This document shows positions 44,653 through 54,959 of a stretch of 64,000 nt of DNA, piece by piece. The DNA lies in NCBI GenBank assembly GCA_963771285.1, contig CAVYSX010000016.1, positions 9,240-73,239 of the forward strand, read 5' to 3'. Below the pieces are notes generated by a model. The model searched no databases and had not been told where the DNA came from. It saw nothing but the letters and a program-made list of their open reading frames with translations. Each line of letters begins with the position of its first letter. Within the stretch, counting starts at the first letter, position 1. The translations under genes were made by a program, and so were the position numbers. Origin of the DNA: an uncultured Acidobacteriota bacterium (GTDB lineage: Bacteria; Acidobacteriota; Terriglobia; Terriglobales; Acidobacteriaceae).

Positions 44653-45969
44653 CTAGGTCTCTACGGTCGCCGCTACTTCTTTTCTCCATGGGCGGATGGC
44701 CCAGGCCCACAGAGCGGCCGGCAACAGCATCACTGCGCCGGTTGCGGTTGCGACTTCCCTGGTCGAAGCTCCCCAATCCAGGAACAATCCGCACAGGTAC
44801 GCTCCAATGGCGATGGTCAGCATGGAGAGACCAAGATCGGCGGCGAACACTCGCCCGCGAAAACGATCTTCCGTCTGCAGCTGTAAGAGCGTTGTCGAGA
44901 ACACCCAGATCGTCGACCCTCCGCAGTGAGCAAAGATGACGAATAGACACGCGGTCCACACCGAGCCCGACCAACCGAGCGCGGCATAGCCGATAGCGGT
45001 CACCACATAACCGAACCACACGCCTAGCCTGAGCCGGCGCTCGGAATGCCCTGCCCACCTCGCCGACAACAGCGGCCCAATCAACGCACCCAGGCCTCTT
45101 GCACCCAGCAGCAGGCTCATTCCCAGCATGCCCGCGCGTTGCGAATCTATTCCGTGCCAGCGCAATGGGAATGCTCGCTGACCCATCACGGTGAACAAGA
45201 CCCAGCTGGGCCCAATCATGAGTTCACCCGCTTTCGCGAAAACCGTGGCCAGCAATTGGCGATTGGCGCGAATGTATCTCACACCTTCGAGAATCGGGGA
45301 TTGATCCCATAAATCACGGAAGCGGAACCGTGACGCCGCTTGCGCATGAGGCTCGTCGAACCGCATCCCCCGAATCAGCAATGCCGACGCCAGGAACGAC
45401 ACCGCATTGAGAAGGAATACCGCGTCGCGTCCTAACAAAGCCGCCACCAATCCACCCACCGACGCTCCCACCAGAAGATTCATGGACCAGGTGGCAGACG
45501 ATAACGAGTTGGCGACAATCACGTCTTCGCGATCGGTGATATTAGGAATCACCGCGTTTCGCGCAGGCTCAAAGAACGCGGCCAACAACGTCTCCAGCAG
45601 CAGAAGTGGATAGATCAGCCACACCATGGATCGCGAGCGCACCAGCAGCATGGAGAAAACGATCACCATCCGTCCAATATCCGCTGCGATCATGACGTGC
45701 TTGCGGCGCAAACGATCGTTTACCACGCCGGACATGGGCCCGATAAAAGTCTGCGGCAAAACCTGCAATACCAAAGCCAGCGCAACCGAACTCGCTCGTC
45801 CGGTAAATTGCAACAACAAGCTGTAAATGGCGAGGGTGTAAAACCAGTCGCCGATCTCGCTCACAATTTGCGCGCCCCACAAACGTCTGAAATTCCGGTT
45901 CTGCCGCAGCAGACGAAGATATGCGGACAGGGAAATCGACGTGACTTCGCGTTCGGGTTGCGGTTCCAT
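44653..45969 (-). CDS. MFS transporter
   Basis: 438 aa with about 12 TM helices. The N-terminal NFRRLWGAQIVSEIGDWF and the loop motif VVNDRLRRKHVM are typical of the MFS_1/enterobactin-exporter-like group. Confidence 0.8.
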   Translation of the reverse strand: MEPQPEREVTSISLSAYLRLLRQNRNFRRLWGAQIVSEIGDWFYTLAIYSLLLQFTGRASSVALALVLQVLPQTFIGPMSGVVNDRLRRKHVMIAADIGRMVIVFSMLLVRSRSMVWLIYPLLLLETLLAAFFEPARNAVIPNITDREDVIVANSLSSATWSMNLLVGASVGGLVAALLGRDAVFLLNAVSFLASALLIRGMRFDEPHAQAASRFRFRDLWDQSPILEGVRYIRANRQLLATVFAKAGELMIGPSWVLFTVMGQRAFPLRWHGIDSQRAGMLGMSLLLGARGLGALIGPLLSARWAGHSERRLRLGVWFGYVVTAIGYAALGWSGSVWTACLFVIFAHCGGSTIWVFSTTLLQLQTEDRFRGRVFAADLGLSMLTIAIGAYLCGLFLDWGASTREVATATGAVMLLPAALWAWAIRPWRKEVAATVET

Positions 45970-46108
45970 GGCGAATGGATACTGTAAACGGTTGGGTTAG
46001 AGTGGGGCAAAGGGTGTTAGTTCGTTGGCTCGTCGGCCAATCGCGGAATCTGCATTTGATCATGGATTGGACGACCAACGACAAACGGCCAACGACTATA
46101 ATCGTCCC

Positions 46109-46441
46109 ATGCTCGATGAACTCGATTTCCGCAAACGTGCGGACACAGCTCTTGAATCTCTCAAACAAAGATTGATCACCGCGGAAGAATCTGCCGACTT
46201 TGAAGTGGAAGATCAATCGGGCGCGCTCCACATTTCTTTCGATGATGGCACGCGTTTCGTTATCTCTCCCAACGCTCCCGTGCGGCAGATATGGATTTCA
46301 GCGCTTGCCACCAGCTTCAAGCTGGACTGGTCGGATGCCGAGAAGGATTTCGTCTTGCAGAAAACCGCGGAGGGTTTGAAGCCGTTGGTCGCTCGGTTAA
46401 TTAACCAGCAGTTGGGAGAAGACGCGGTCAACCTGAACTGA
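46109..46441 (+). CDS. cyaY: frataxin-like iron-sulfur cluster assembly protein CyaY
   Basis: MLDELDFRKRADTALESL...ADFEVEDQSGALHISFDDGTRFVISPNAPVRQIWISALATSFKLDW. Start at ATG 46109 inside the track ORF. Confidence 0.8.
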   Translation: MLDELDFRKRADTALESLKQRLITAEESADFEVEDQSGALHISFDDGTRFVISPNAPVRQIWISALATSFKLDWSDAEKDFVLQKTAEGLKPLVARLINQQLGEDAVNLN

Positions 46442-47534
46442 GCGGAGCGAGGACGCCCGCGCCTACACCGACGAACTTGTCTTCTAGTTTCTTCTTCAAG
46501 TGCTGGGCGATCTGCTGACCGTGAAAGCGCCCGTTCTCGATGAAGATTTCGTTAGTCCGCGAGCCCGCCACTATGACACCCGCCACATAAATCCCAGGCA
46601 CATTACTTTCCAGCGTCTGGGGATCGCATACCGGTCGGAATTGGTCGGACGAAAGCTCGATTCCCATGGAGCGCAAGAAGTCGTAGTCCGGCCGATAACC
46701 CGTTAAGGCGAATACAAAGTCATTTTTCAACCGCACCAAGCCCTCGGGCGAATTGAGGATCACGTGATCCGCAGCGATTTCCTCCACCGTGCTGCTGAAG
46801 TACGCCTTGATTTCGCCATTCTTGATGCGATTCTCTATGTCAGGAAGAATCCAATACTTCACGTGGTTGTGCAGCTTAGGCTTGCGATGCACCAGCGTGA
46901 CCCGCGCTCCATGACGCCACAAATCAAGAGCCGAGATCGCTGCTGAGTTCTTACCGCCGATTACCAGAACATCGTTGTCAAAGTACGGATGCGGCTCGTG
47001 GTAGTAGTGAAAGACTTTTGACAGGTCCTCACCCGGAATATTCATCAGGTTCGGCAGGTCGTAGTAACCGGTGGCCACAATCAATTTGCGGGTTTGATAG
47101 TCGTAGATGCGATGCAGGCGATCGCTGGTGGCCACATGAAATTCGCCATCCCGCCCATTCACCGTCTTCACCCACTGATATTGCGAAATTGGCAGGCGAT
47201 AGTGCTCCGCGACCTTACGGTAATACTCCAGCGCCTCCTGTCGATTGGGCTTCTGGTTCGCGGTGCTAAAGGGAATGTCGCCAATCTCGAGCAGTTCCGG
47301 CGTCGTAAAGAAAGTCATGTTGGCCGGATAGTTGAAAATGGAATTGACGACGCATCCTTTGTCGATGACTACGACTTTGAAGCCGGCTTTTTGAGCTTCG
47401 ATACCGCAGGCGAGGCCAGTAGGCCCGGCGCCAATCACCAGCACATCGACCTGCGTGCTGGGATGAGACTCCATTTGCGCGCGTGGAAGAGTGTCGGGAA
47501 TCTGAAGATCCGATTGGGAAGTCTTCGTCTGCAA
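46428..47534 (-). CDS. ypdA: YpdA-family FAD-dependent putative bacillithiol-disulfide reductase
   Basis: VDVLVIGAGPTGLACGIEAQKAGFKVVVIDKGCVVNSIFNYPANMTFFTTPELLEIGDIPF...VIGGKNSAA...KYWILPDIENRIKNGEIKAYF, the YpdA-type blocks. Confidence 0.8.
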   Translation of the reverse strand: MQTKTSQSDLQIPDTLPRAQMESHPSTQVDVLVIGAGPTGLACGIEAQKAGFKVVVIDKGCVVNSIFNYPANMTFFTTPELLEIGDIPFSTANQKPNRQEALEYYRKVAEHYRLPISQYQWVKTVNGRDGEFHVATSDRLHRIYDYQTRKLIVATGYYDLPNLMNIPGEDLSKVFHYYHEPHPYFDNDVLVIGGKNSAAISALDLWRHGARVTLVHRKPKLHNHVKYWILPDIENRIKNGEIKAYFSSTVEEIAADHVILNSPEGLVRLKNDFVFALTGYRPDYDFLRSMGIELSSDQFRPVCDPQTLESNVPGIYVAGVIVAGSRTNEIFIENGRFHGQQIAQHLKKKLEDKFVGVGAGVLAPLSSG

Positions 47535-47685
47535 AATAGGAATCCTGGGCCAGCTAGATCTGCGCCGTAGTCTGTGAAGTTAACGATTCTAGCAGATGAA
47601 TGTAGGCGTGGGCGTCCTGCCGGTGCTCCGAGGCTTCACAACGCGCCAAGACAAACGGTGCAATCTTGCGCGATAATCGAGACTC

Positions 47686-48624
47686 ATGGATCGAGCATCA
47701 CAAGCGGCGAATTCCATCACAACGCAACCGCCGGATCAACTCTGGCCGGCTTTGCCGTTGGCGGAGTGGGAGGACACTTTCCACACCTTGCATTTGTGGA
47801 CGCAAATCGTGGGAAAGATTCGGCTCGGACTGGCGCCGCCGCAGAACCATTGGTGGAATGTAGCTTTGTACGTAAGCCACTGCGGCCTGACTACTTCACC
47901 GATTCCCTATCGGGGTACGACGTTTGAGCTTCAGTTCAACTTTATCGACCATCAGTTGGAGCTTTATTTGTCGGGAGGGACGAAGCACCGGCTTACGTTT
48001 TCGTCAAAGTCCGTCGCTGCTTTCTATCGCGAATTGTTTTCGTTGCTTCATAACGCAGGCATCGACGTCACAATCAATCCCAAGCCACAAGAAATTCCAT
48101 CGCCGATTCGTTTCGATGAAGATGAAACGCATGCGTCCTACGATCCCGAATATGCGCGACGATTGTGGCGCATTCTGTTGTCGACCGACGAAGTATTGAA
48201 AGAGTTTCGCGCAGGCTTTATCGGCAAATCGAGTCCTTCCCATTTTTTTTGGGGTAGCTTTGATCTCTGTTGCACGCGCTTTAGCGGGCGCCGCGCGCCG
48301 CCGCGGAAGGGCGCGATTACCTCGGAAGCCTATTCCCACGAATGCAGCAGTGTCGGCTGGTGGCCGGGTGGCGGCGAATTCAAAGGGCCGGCTTTCTATG
48401 CCTACATGGCGCCTGAGCCGGCTGGTTGTGGCGGTGAACAAATCCAACCGGCCGCAGGGTATTATCACAACACACTTCACGAGTTCGTGCTGATGTACGA
48501 TGACGTGCGGCGGACGAAATCTCCGCACAACGAGATTCTGGAATTTGCGCGCACCTCCTATGAAGCGGGAGCCAATCTTGCCGGGTGGGACCGGGCAGCG
48601 CTCGAAAGGGGACCAAAGTCTTGA
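47686..48624 (+). CDS. conserved hypothetical protein (resembles the DUF5996 family)
   Basis: LWPALPLAEWEDTFHTLHLWTQIVGKIRLGLAPPQNHWWNVALYVSHCGLTTSPIPY...FELQFNFIDHQLELY. The family name is from memory of the motif and is unverified. Confidence 0.6.
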   Translation: MDRASQAANSITTQPPDQLWPALPLAEWEDTFHTLHLWTQIVGKIRLGLAPPQNHWWNVALYVSHCGLTTSPIPYRGTTFELQFNFIDHQLELYLSGGTKHRLTFSSKSVAAFYRELFSLLHNAGIDVTINPKPQEIPSPIRFDEDETHASYDPEYARRLWRILLSTDEVLKEFRAGFIGKSSPSHFFWGSFDLCCTRFSGRRAPPRKGAITSEAYSHECSSVGWWPGGGEFKGPAFYAYMAPEPAGCGGEQIQPAAGYYHNTLHEFVLMYDDVRRTKSPHNEILEFARTSYEAGANLAGWDRAALERGPKS

Positions 48625-48902
48625 AAGCCAATGGAGAAAATTGTAGTCACTTGGATCAAATCAAGGTCGAGCACACCTCCAAGCATGTGTGCGAAGAATG
48701 TGTGAAGATGGGCGACACCTGGGTGCATCTGCGGCTTTGCATGATTTGCGGGAAGGTCGGTTGCTGCGATTCCTCCAAGAACAAGCATGCGACCAAGCAT
48801 TTCCACGCGACTTCACATCCGCTAATACGGTCCATCGAGCCCGGAGAACGCTGGGTCTGGTGTTATGTGGACGAGGTTTCTCCCGGCGAAGTCGCGAAGT
48901 AA
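48585..48902 (+). CDS. UBP-type zinc-finger protein
   Basis: CSHLDQI...HVCEECVKMGDTWVHLRLCMICGKVGCCDSSKNKHATKHFHATSHPLIRS...WVWCYVDE. The start may instead be TTG 48621, which overlaps the upstream stop. Confidence 0.75.
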   Translation: MGPGSARKGTKVLKANGENCSHLDQIKVEHTSKHVCEECVKMGDTWVHLRLCMICGKVGCCDSSKNKHATKHFHATSHPLIRSIEPGERWVWCYVDEVSPGEVAK

Positions 48903-48998
48903 ATCCGGCTTGCGGCGTTCCTCAAGCTGTCGAGGTCCAGGGCTGCGGTTGATATAATCTCCGGTTACTTCATATCTCACTTCAATCAGGATCGCTAA

Positions 48999-50408
48999 AT
49001 GCCACACAGCGCAGAACCGGGCGTTCCCATGCGTACCGAATCCGACAGCATGGGGCAAATCGAGGTCCCAGCGAACGTCTACTGGGGCGCGCAAACCCAG
49101 CGGTCCCTGCTGCATTTCAACATTGGCCGTGACACCATGCCGCCGGAGCTTATCCGCGCTTTTGGTGTTCTGAAGAAAGCCTGCGCGCTCGTGAATCAGG
49201 ATCTCGGCAAACTGCCTTCCGACAAAGCTCAACTCGTTGTGCGGGCCGCGGATGAAGTGATCGCCGGAAAACTTAACGACCAATTCCCGCTCCGCATCTG
49301 GCAGACCGGCAGCGGCACCCAGACGAATATGAACGTCAACGAGGTCATCTCCAACCGCGCCATCGAACTGGCAGGCGGGGTGATGGGCTCGAAGAAACCA
49401 ATTCATCCTAACGACGACGTGAACATGTCGCAGTCGTCAAATGACACTTTTCCCGCTGCCATGCACATCGCGGCGGCGGAGCGAGTCAGCCGGACTTTGA
49501 TTCCCGCCGTCAAGAGCGTTCATGACGCCATCGCAGCAAAAGCGAAAGAGTTTCATGACGTCGTAAAAATTGGTCGCACCCACCTGCAGGACGCTGTGCC
49601 ATTAACCTTCGGACAAGAGTTTGGCGGCTGGGCCAGTCTTTTGGAGCGCGACATCGAACGCCTGAAGCAGGTTCTTGGAGGCCTCTACGATCTTGCCATT
49701 GGTGGAACGGCGGTCGGCACCGGACTCAACGCTCATCCCGAATTCGCCGAGCGCGCCGCGAAGAAGATCGCAGAACTGACAGGTCTTCCCTTCCGCTCGC
49801 ATGGCAACAAGTTCGCCGCGCTCTCCGCCCACGATGAAATTATCTTCGCGCAAGGCGCGCTAGAGACTCTAGCCGCATCGCTAATGAAGATTTCGAACGA
49901 TATCCGCTGGCTTGCTTCTGGTCCGCGCTGCGGCTTGGGTGAGTTGACGATTCCGGAGAATGAACCCGGTTCTTCCATCATGCCAGGCAAAGTAAATCCC
50001 ACGCAGTGCGAAGCCATGACGATGGTATGCGTGCAGGTTCACGGCGCCACTGCCGCCGTGGGGTTTGCCGGCTCGCAAGGCAATTTCGAGTTGAACGTGT
50101 TCAAGCCGGTGATCATTTACAACTTCCTGCATTCGGTCACCCTAATCGCGGACGCCTGCCACGGCTACGTCGAGTACATGATCAATGGCATCGAAGTCGA
50201 TAAAGCCAAAGTCGATTGGTACGTGAAGAACTCGCTGATGCTGGTGACCGCGTTGGCGCCAAAAGTTGGATACGACAAAGCCGCACAGATCGCGCACACC
50301 GCCCACGTAGACCGCAGCAGCCTGCTGGAAGCCGCGCTGAAGTTGGGATATCTTACCGCCGAGGAGTTTCATCTACTGATGAAACCCGAAAGGATGACGC
50401 GGCCCTAG
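48999..50408 (+). CDS. fumC: class II fumarate hydratase
   Basis: [24 protein letters not shown]...[16 protein letters not shown] signature. Confidence 0.9.
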   Translation: MPHSAEPGVPMRTESDSMGQIEVPANVYWGAQTQRSLLHFNIGRDTMPPELIRAFGVLKKACALVNQDLGKLPSDKAQLVVRAADEVIAGKLNDQFPLRIWQTGSGTQTNMNVNEVISNRAIELAGGVMGSKKPIHPNDDVNMSQSSNDTFPAAMHIAAAERVSRTLIPAVKSVHDAIAAKAKEFHDVVKIGRTHLQDAVPLTFGQEFGGWASLLERDIERLKQVLGGLYDLAIGGTAVGTGLNAHPEFAERAAKKIAELTGLPFRSHGNKFAALSAHDEIIFAQGALETLAASLMKISNDIRWLASGPRCGLGELTIPENEPGSSIMPGKVNPTQCEAMTMVCVQVHGATAAVGFAGSQGNFELNVFKPVIIYNFLHSVTLIADACHGYVEYMINGIEVDKAKVDWYVKNSLMLVTALAPKVGYDKAAQIAHTAHVDRSSLLEAALKLGYLTAEEFHLLMKPERMTRP

Positions 50409-50457
50409 CAACGACTCAGGTGCGAAACAGCCGCCTCAGCTGTCCCACTGGCTCTCG

Positions 50458-51408
50458 TCACTCCGCTTCCACGGGAGACAATGCTTCCGCTCTGGGTTTT
50501 CCCGATTGCGCCGGAGTAGTCGCGATCGCAATCACGCTCACCAGGATCAGCAATGTACCTAACAAGGTTCGCGGACCCACAGCTTCGTTCCCAAAGAAAT
50601 ATCCAACCGCCACTGCGACTACGGGATTCACGTATGCATACGTCCCAACTTTGGTTGGCGACTCGTAATGAAGCAGCCACAGGTAGGCTGTAAACGCGAT
50701 GATGGATCCGGCGATGATCAAATACAACAACGCGAACCACGCGCCGCGCGAGATCGCCTGGAAGTGAAATCCCTTGAACTCACCCGAGATTGCGGACAGC
50801 ACCAGCAATTGCAATCCCCCCGCACTCATCTGTGCCGCAGAACTCATGGGCTTGGAGGCGGGAAGGGTCAGCTTGCGGCTCAGAATCGTCGCCGCCGACC
50901 AGCAAACCGCAGCCACCACAATTGCCAGCGCGCCCCAACGATCAACTGGGACTTCTCCTAACGATACCGAGTGATTGACGAGTACGATCACTCCGCCAAC
51001 TCCGATCAGCAGCGCTGTGCCCAGGCGGGGGGTGAGCCGTTGCGTGCGAAGAAACATAATCTCGAAGAGTGCTATGAAGACCGGAATCGTAGCCAGAACT
51101 ACGGCGGTAATTCCTGACGGCACGCGTTGTTCCGCCCAGAATATGCACCCGTAATCGATGAGAAAAATCAGGGTGCCCATCAGGCAAGCCGACGCCCACT
51201 CCCGACTCGTGGGCGCGGCCGTTCCTTTTAGCCGCATCCAAACGTATAGAAATATTCCCGCCGCCGAGAATCGCATCGCCGCCAGCAGAAACGGCGGGAC
51301 TTCTCGAACTCCCACCCGGATCGCGAGAAACGTCGATCCCCATACAAAATAAATAATGGAAAATGCCAGCAGAATCTTCCACGTGGGCGGACGGGCAGCG
51401 CTGTCCAT
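50458..51408 (-). CDS. EamA/DMT-family transporter
   Basis: Ten TM helices forming two EamA halves (FSIIYFVWGSTFLAIR...; ...AYVNPVVAVAVGYFF). Confidence 0.8.
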   Translation of the reverse strand: MDSAARPPTWKILLAFSIIYFVWGSTFLAIRVGVREVPPFLLAAMRFSAAGIFLYVWMRLKGTAAPTSREWASACLMGTLIFLIDYGCIFWAEQRVPSGITAVVLATIPVFIALFEIMFLRTQRLTPRLGTALLIGVGGVIVLVNHSVSLGEVPVDRWGALAIVVAAVCWSAATILSRKLTLPASKPMSSAAQMSAGGLQLLVLSAISGEFKGFHFQAISRGAWFALLYLIIAGSIIAFTAYLWLLHYESPTKVGTYAYVNPVVAVAVGYFFGNEAVGPRTLLGTLLILVSVIAIATTPAQSGKPRAEALSPVEAE

Positions 51409-51532
51409 AATTTTCTCTCAGCCGGGAGAAACTGCGTCGGCAAGTCATAGATGCGGGTCTGCCTCATTTCGCACCAGGCAGGCGTGATGAAATATTTTTA
51501 TGACTCCGAACACTTTTTGCTTTAGCGCGAAT

Positions 51533-52693
51533 TTAGCGGAGGGATGCAACGGGTCTGCCAAAACTAAGACCGCTCAAGCGTGCGGATTGCTCCGGCGCAA
51601 CCGCTGTACTGGCAATCATGACGCGAAAGTGTTCTCCCATGCCCGCGGGAGTAACCAGATGCTTCAACTGGAGCGCAACTTTCGCACGCTCCTGCGGCAG
51701 TCGGCATTCCTCGAAGGCGTCCGCGAACTGATTGGCTTCGCCGATGCCCAGCAGGAACTGGGATTGGGTCAGGAGGGGCTCGACCCGCATTCCATGGCCC
51801 TCGGCACCATTCTCTAGGGCGCTGAAATTGACGTGCGCAGTGATGTCCTGTCCACCCGGCGCTTCATACGGGTTAACGCCGACGGAGTGCTGACGCAGAG
51901 ACGTAACTGTACCGCGATGACGCCCGGCCAGTTGTTCGTCGCGCCTGTAGCCATAATCGATGGCGATGAAGAACCCTTGTTGGATGTCAGCGGCGATCTC
52001 GCTCATGTAGCTCTGCGAGCGAAGCGCCACTTCGACACGCTCCCCCGGCTCGGGATGCAGACTGTAGCGATCGAGAAATGAAAGCTCTTCGGCAGACGAC
52101 GGCACCCAGGTTTCGATAAAGCGACCGCCATCGACGTCAATGCGCAGAGATCCTTCCGAACTGAGCACCTCCACTGGCAGTGCATCGAAGAATTCATTGG
52201 CAAAGACAATTACGGGCACGTCTCTTCTAACGTAGCTTCCTGTGTCTCCTTCGCCAGAAAGCCCCCCGTCAGAAAGACACGCTTTGCCAGTTTCAAAATG
52301 CCGGCTCAACGTCGCCTGCAAGCGGTGGCGGAGAGCGGGCGAACTCTCTACCAGCGAGTAGTGGAGCGCGTTGAAGAACTCAGGGAATTTCTTCTCCGAC
52401 CAGTCCAGCACATCCTGAGCAAACAATCCCCGACCCGGCCCGAATTCTCGAATTTCAATTTGCTTCGGCGATCCCAGCGTGCGCCACATTTCCTCAAATT
52501 GCCGTGCCAGCAGTCGCCCGAAGACCGCATGGATATCGCTCGAAGTATAGAAATCACCCGCCTTGCCGAACTGCTCGGCATTGCGCGAATAGTATCCAAG
52601 CTCGGGGTCATACAGGCACAATTCCATGTAGCGAGAGAATGGTATCGGCCCGTGCTCGTGGATCTCCTGCTCAATTTTCTGGCGGAGAGTCAC
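51533..52693 (-). CDS. MidA/NDUFAF7-type SAM-dependent methyltransferase (DUF185)
   Basis: HGPIPFSRYMELCLYDPELGYYS...FGKAGDFYTSSDIHAVFGRLLA...IREFGPGRGLFAQDVL. Confidence 0.8.
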   Translation of the reverse strand: MTLRQKIEQEIHEHGPIPFSRYMELCLYDPELGYYSRNAEQFGKAGDFYTSSDIHAVFGRLLARQFEEMWRTLGSPKQIEIREFGPGRGLFAQDVLDWSEKKFPEFFNALHYSLVESSPALRHRLQATLSRHFETGKACLSDGGLSGEGDTGSYVRRDVPVIVFANEFFDALPVEVLSSEGSLRIDVDGGRFIETWVPSSAEELSFLDRYSLHPEPGERVEVALRSQSYMSEIAADIQQGFFIAIDYGYRRDEQLAGRHRGTVTSLRQHSVGVNPYEAPGGQDITAHVNFSALENGAEGHGMRVEPLLTQSQFLLGIGEANQFADAFEECRLPQERAKVALQLKHLVTPAGMGEHFRVMIASTAVAPEQSARLSGLSFGRPVASLR

Positions 52694-52992
52694 AAGCCTT
52701 CCCTCTGGCGCTCGGCCAGGCTTTGAGGCGTCCGCGTAAACATCTCGACCAGATAATCATGCAGGCAGTCGAAAAGTTGTCGCTGGAAACTCCACTCAAA
52801 TTGCGGGTGGTCGAGGTCGCGCGGATGAAAGTCGAAGTAATACGTATGCACGGGCGCTACCGGGTTCTTGAATTGAATGATCATCTCAACCGCCTCCCCC
52901 TTGGCGCGTGCAGAAAATTCCATCAGGGGATGCTCATAAAGACGTAGTTGGGTCAATACGCGGTCAAGCCTCGCCTCGCTTGCAGTGGACAC
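52690..52992 (-). CDS. hypothetical protein (100 aa), translationally coupled to the methyltransferase gene
   Basis: Track ORF with a 4-nt ATGA-type overlap onto the downstream gene. No family recognised. Confidence 0.5.
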   Translation of the reverse strand: MSTASEARLDRVLTQLRLYEHPLMEFSARAKGEAVEMIIQFKNPVAPVHTYYFDFHPRDLDHPQFEWSFQRQLFDCLHDYLVEMFTRTPQSLAERQREGL

Positions 52993-53152
52993 GATCTGAT
53001 TGTAAAGCAGCCTGGGACTACAGATTTGCGGGATGGGCCGTTGCCGCCGTCATCCGACTCGAGCCACTCGTCCGTTCCTGGTGTAGTTTTAACATCTATT
53101 TACAACCTGCTATCCCAGAGTTCGCGGTTCCGTCTAAACGGTCGTTTCCCGT

Positions 53153-53256
53153 GTTCAGAAGTCAATTGTCCAGGAGTCAATCGTTCAGAAGTGAATTGTT
53201 CAGAAGTCCAGTGTCAGAAGTTCAGTGTTCAGAAGCCCATGGTTCAGAAATCCGGA
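53153..53256. repeat. 7 x ~15-bp tandem repeat, consensus GTTCAGAAGTNNANT
   Basis: The seven units read gttcagaagtcaatt / gtccaggagtcaatc / gttcagaagtgaatt / gttcagaagtccagt / gtcagaagttcagt / gttcagaagcccatg / gttcagaaatccgga. They lie in the divergent intergenic region between 52992 and 53293. Confidence 0.85.
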
Positions 53257-53292
53257 GACTGCTCCGGGAAAATTAAATGCGGAGGTCTTCTT

Positions 53293-54364
53293 ATGCTCCA
53301 GAAACATGCTATCGCCGCCGTTCTACTCGCGGGCCTATCGTTCGATAATTCCTTCTGCTCAGGCACAGTCCGCACTCTTGGACTTGCCACGAGACAGCCA
53401 GCACGCCACCGTAATGCAGCGCGTTGGAATCACCGACGTCACCATCAACTATCATCGCCCACAGGTCAAAGGGCGTCAGATTTGGGGCAAAGTGGTACCG
53501 TACGGCGAAGTGTGGCGCGCCGGAGCCAACGAGAACACCACCATCACTTTCAGCGATCCCGTTACCATTGAAGGCCAGCCGCTCGCCAAGGGAATCTACG
53601 GACTTCATCTCCTCCCCACCGAGGGTGATTGGACCGTGATTTTCTCCAAGGTCCATACCGCTTGGGGTAGCTTCACCTATAAGCAGGACGAAGACGCCCT
53701 TCGGGTGACGGTCAAACCGCAACCCTCGGAAGTCCATGAAGTTTTGACTTACGATTTCGACGACGTGAAAGCCGACTCCGCCGTGGCCACGCTTCGCTGG
53801 GAGAAACTTGCGATCCCGTTCAAGATCGGCGTGAATGTTCATGACATCGTGGTTGCCAGCCTGCCTAACCAATTGCAGGGTTTGCCGCAATATACCTGGG
53901 AAGGCTGGGACGACGCAGCGACCTACCTGCTCACCAATAAGTTCGCGCTGGAGGATGCGCTTAAATACGAAGAAATTTCCATCAAGACTGAACCGCGCTT
54001 CGATAATTTTATGACCAAAGCGCAGATTCTTGACGCCATGGGCCGCAAGAGCGACGCCGAGCAGGCTCGCGCTCAAGGGCTGCAAAGGGCAACAGCAGCG
54101 CAACTTTACGCATGGGGACGGCAGCTTCAGGGCGAGGGTAAGCAGGACCAGGCATTCGACTTCTTTCGTCAGGCGGTGAAGAAGGATCCCAACGACTGGG
54201 TCACTCACGACGGAACCGCGCGAATCTATTCGGCGAAGGGCGATTTCGACAACGCCCTCAAAGAAGCCAAGCTCGTGGTTGCGGGGGCGCCTGACAACCA
54301 GAAGATATTTTTCGAGCCTACGGTGAAGAAGCTAGAGGCCAAGCAGGACATCAATAAGAAGTGA
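53293..54364 (+). pseudogene. DUF2911 + TPR secreted protein, +1 frame break within the signal peptide
   Basis: GGAGG then ATG 53293 gives MLQKHAIAAVLLAGLSF (signal core). The cleavage region IIPSAQAQS and the DUF2911 blocks (VMQRVGITDVTINYHRPQVKGRQIWGKVVPYGEVWRAGANENT) are in the +1 frame (track ORF 53225-54364). The junction is at about 53341-53346. Confidence 0.7.
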
Positions 54365-54417
54365 TCTGCGGCTCTGCTTCGTTCTTTATCTGGTCGCAGC
54401 TTCAATTTGAACAACTG

Positions 54418-54450
54418 GTGTGGTTGATGCGGAAATTGCATCAACCACAC
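54418..54450 (+). terminator. strong stem-loop after the DUF2911/TPR gene
   Basis: GTGTGGTTGATGC-GGAAATT-GCATCAACCACAC: a perfect 13-bp stem followed by TCCATCTCATT. Confidence 0.55.
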
Positions 54451-54473
54451 TCCATCTCATTGCGGACTAACGC

Positions 54474-54959
54474 ATGTATTTCGCGAAAAATAGTCTTTCG
54501 GGATCGATAGTCGGACTGCTGCTTTGCTCCATGCCTCTGCTGGCCAAGGATGCATGCGATCTGCCACCGCTCGCAGGTCAACACAAAGATATCGCCACCG
54601 TTCAACATCTTGAGGATGAATGGACGCTTGCCTTCCTTCGGGGCGACACCGATCTGGAGCGCTGCCTCTTATCTCCTGACTTCACGGAGATCATGCGAAC
54701 AGGAGAAGTAAAGTTCCTCTCTGATGAACTGGAGCTAGCCGCGAAGAATCGAGGGAAGAACCTGGCTATTCCAAACTTGCCGAAGGCAACAATCCTTTTG
54801 CATGGCGACGTTGCGGTTGCCTACGGAATCTCGACGTCGGGCAAGATACGCTACTCCGATTCGTACTTCTGGAGCAATGGCGCATGGCACGTATTCTTTG
54901 CGCAACAGACCCAACTTGAAAATAACTCGGGGAACGCTCGACGCCCTGGCAATCATTAG
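54474..54959 (+). CDS. NTF2-like (DUF4440/SnoaL-type) secreted protein
   Basis: Signal peptide, then VQHLEDEWTLAFLRGDTDLERCLLSPDFTEI...LHGDVAVAYG...YFWSNGAWHVFFAQQT. Confidence 0.65.
   Translation: MYFAKNSLSGSIVGLLLCSMPLLAKDACDLPPLAGQHKDIATVQHLEDEWTLAFLRGDTDLERCLLSPDFTEIMRTGEVKFLSDELELAAKNRGKNLAIPNLPKATILLHGDVAVAYGISTSGKIRYSDSYFWSNGAWHVFFAQQTQLENNSGNARRPGNH

Noticed and set aside
53153-53256. Array of alphaproteobacterial/acidobacterial-type LexA boxes (GTTC-N7-GTTC)
   Set aside because: The GTTC cores recur every 15 nt (N11), not every 11 nt (N7), so they do not fit the direct-repeat SOS box.
52908-53571. Track ORFs 52908-53276 and 52948-53571 translating the 15-bp repeat into pentapeptide repeats
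   Set aside because: They have no start context and overlap the divergent promoter and the real DUF2911 signal peptide. They are better explained as noncoding repeat sequence.
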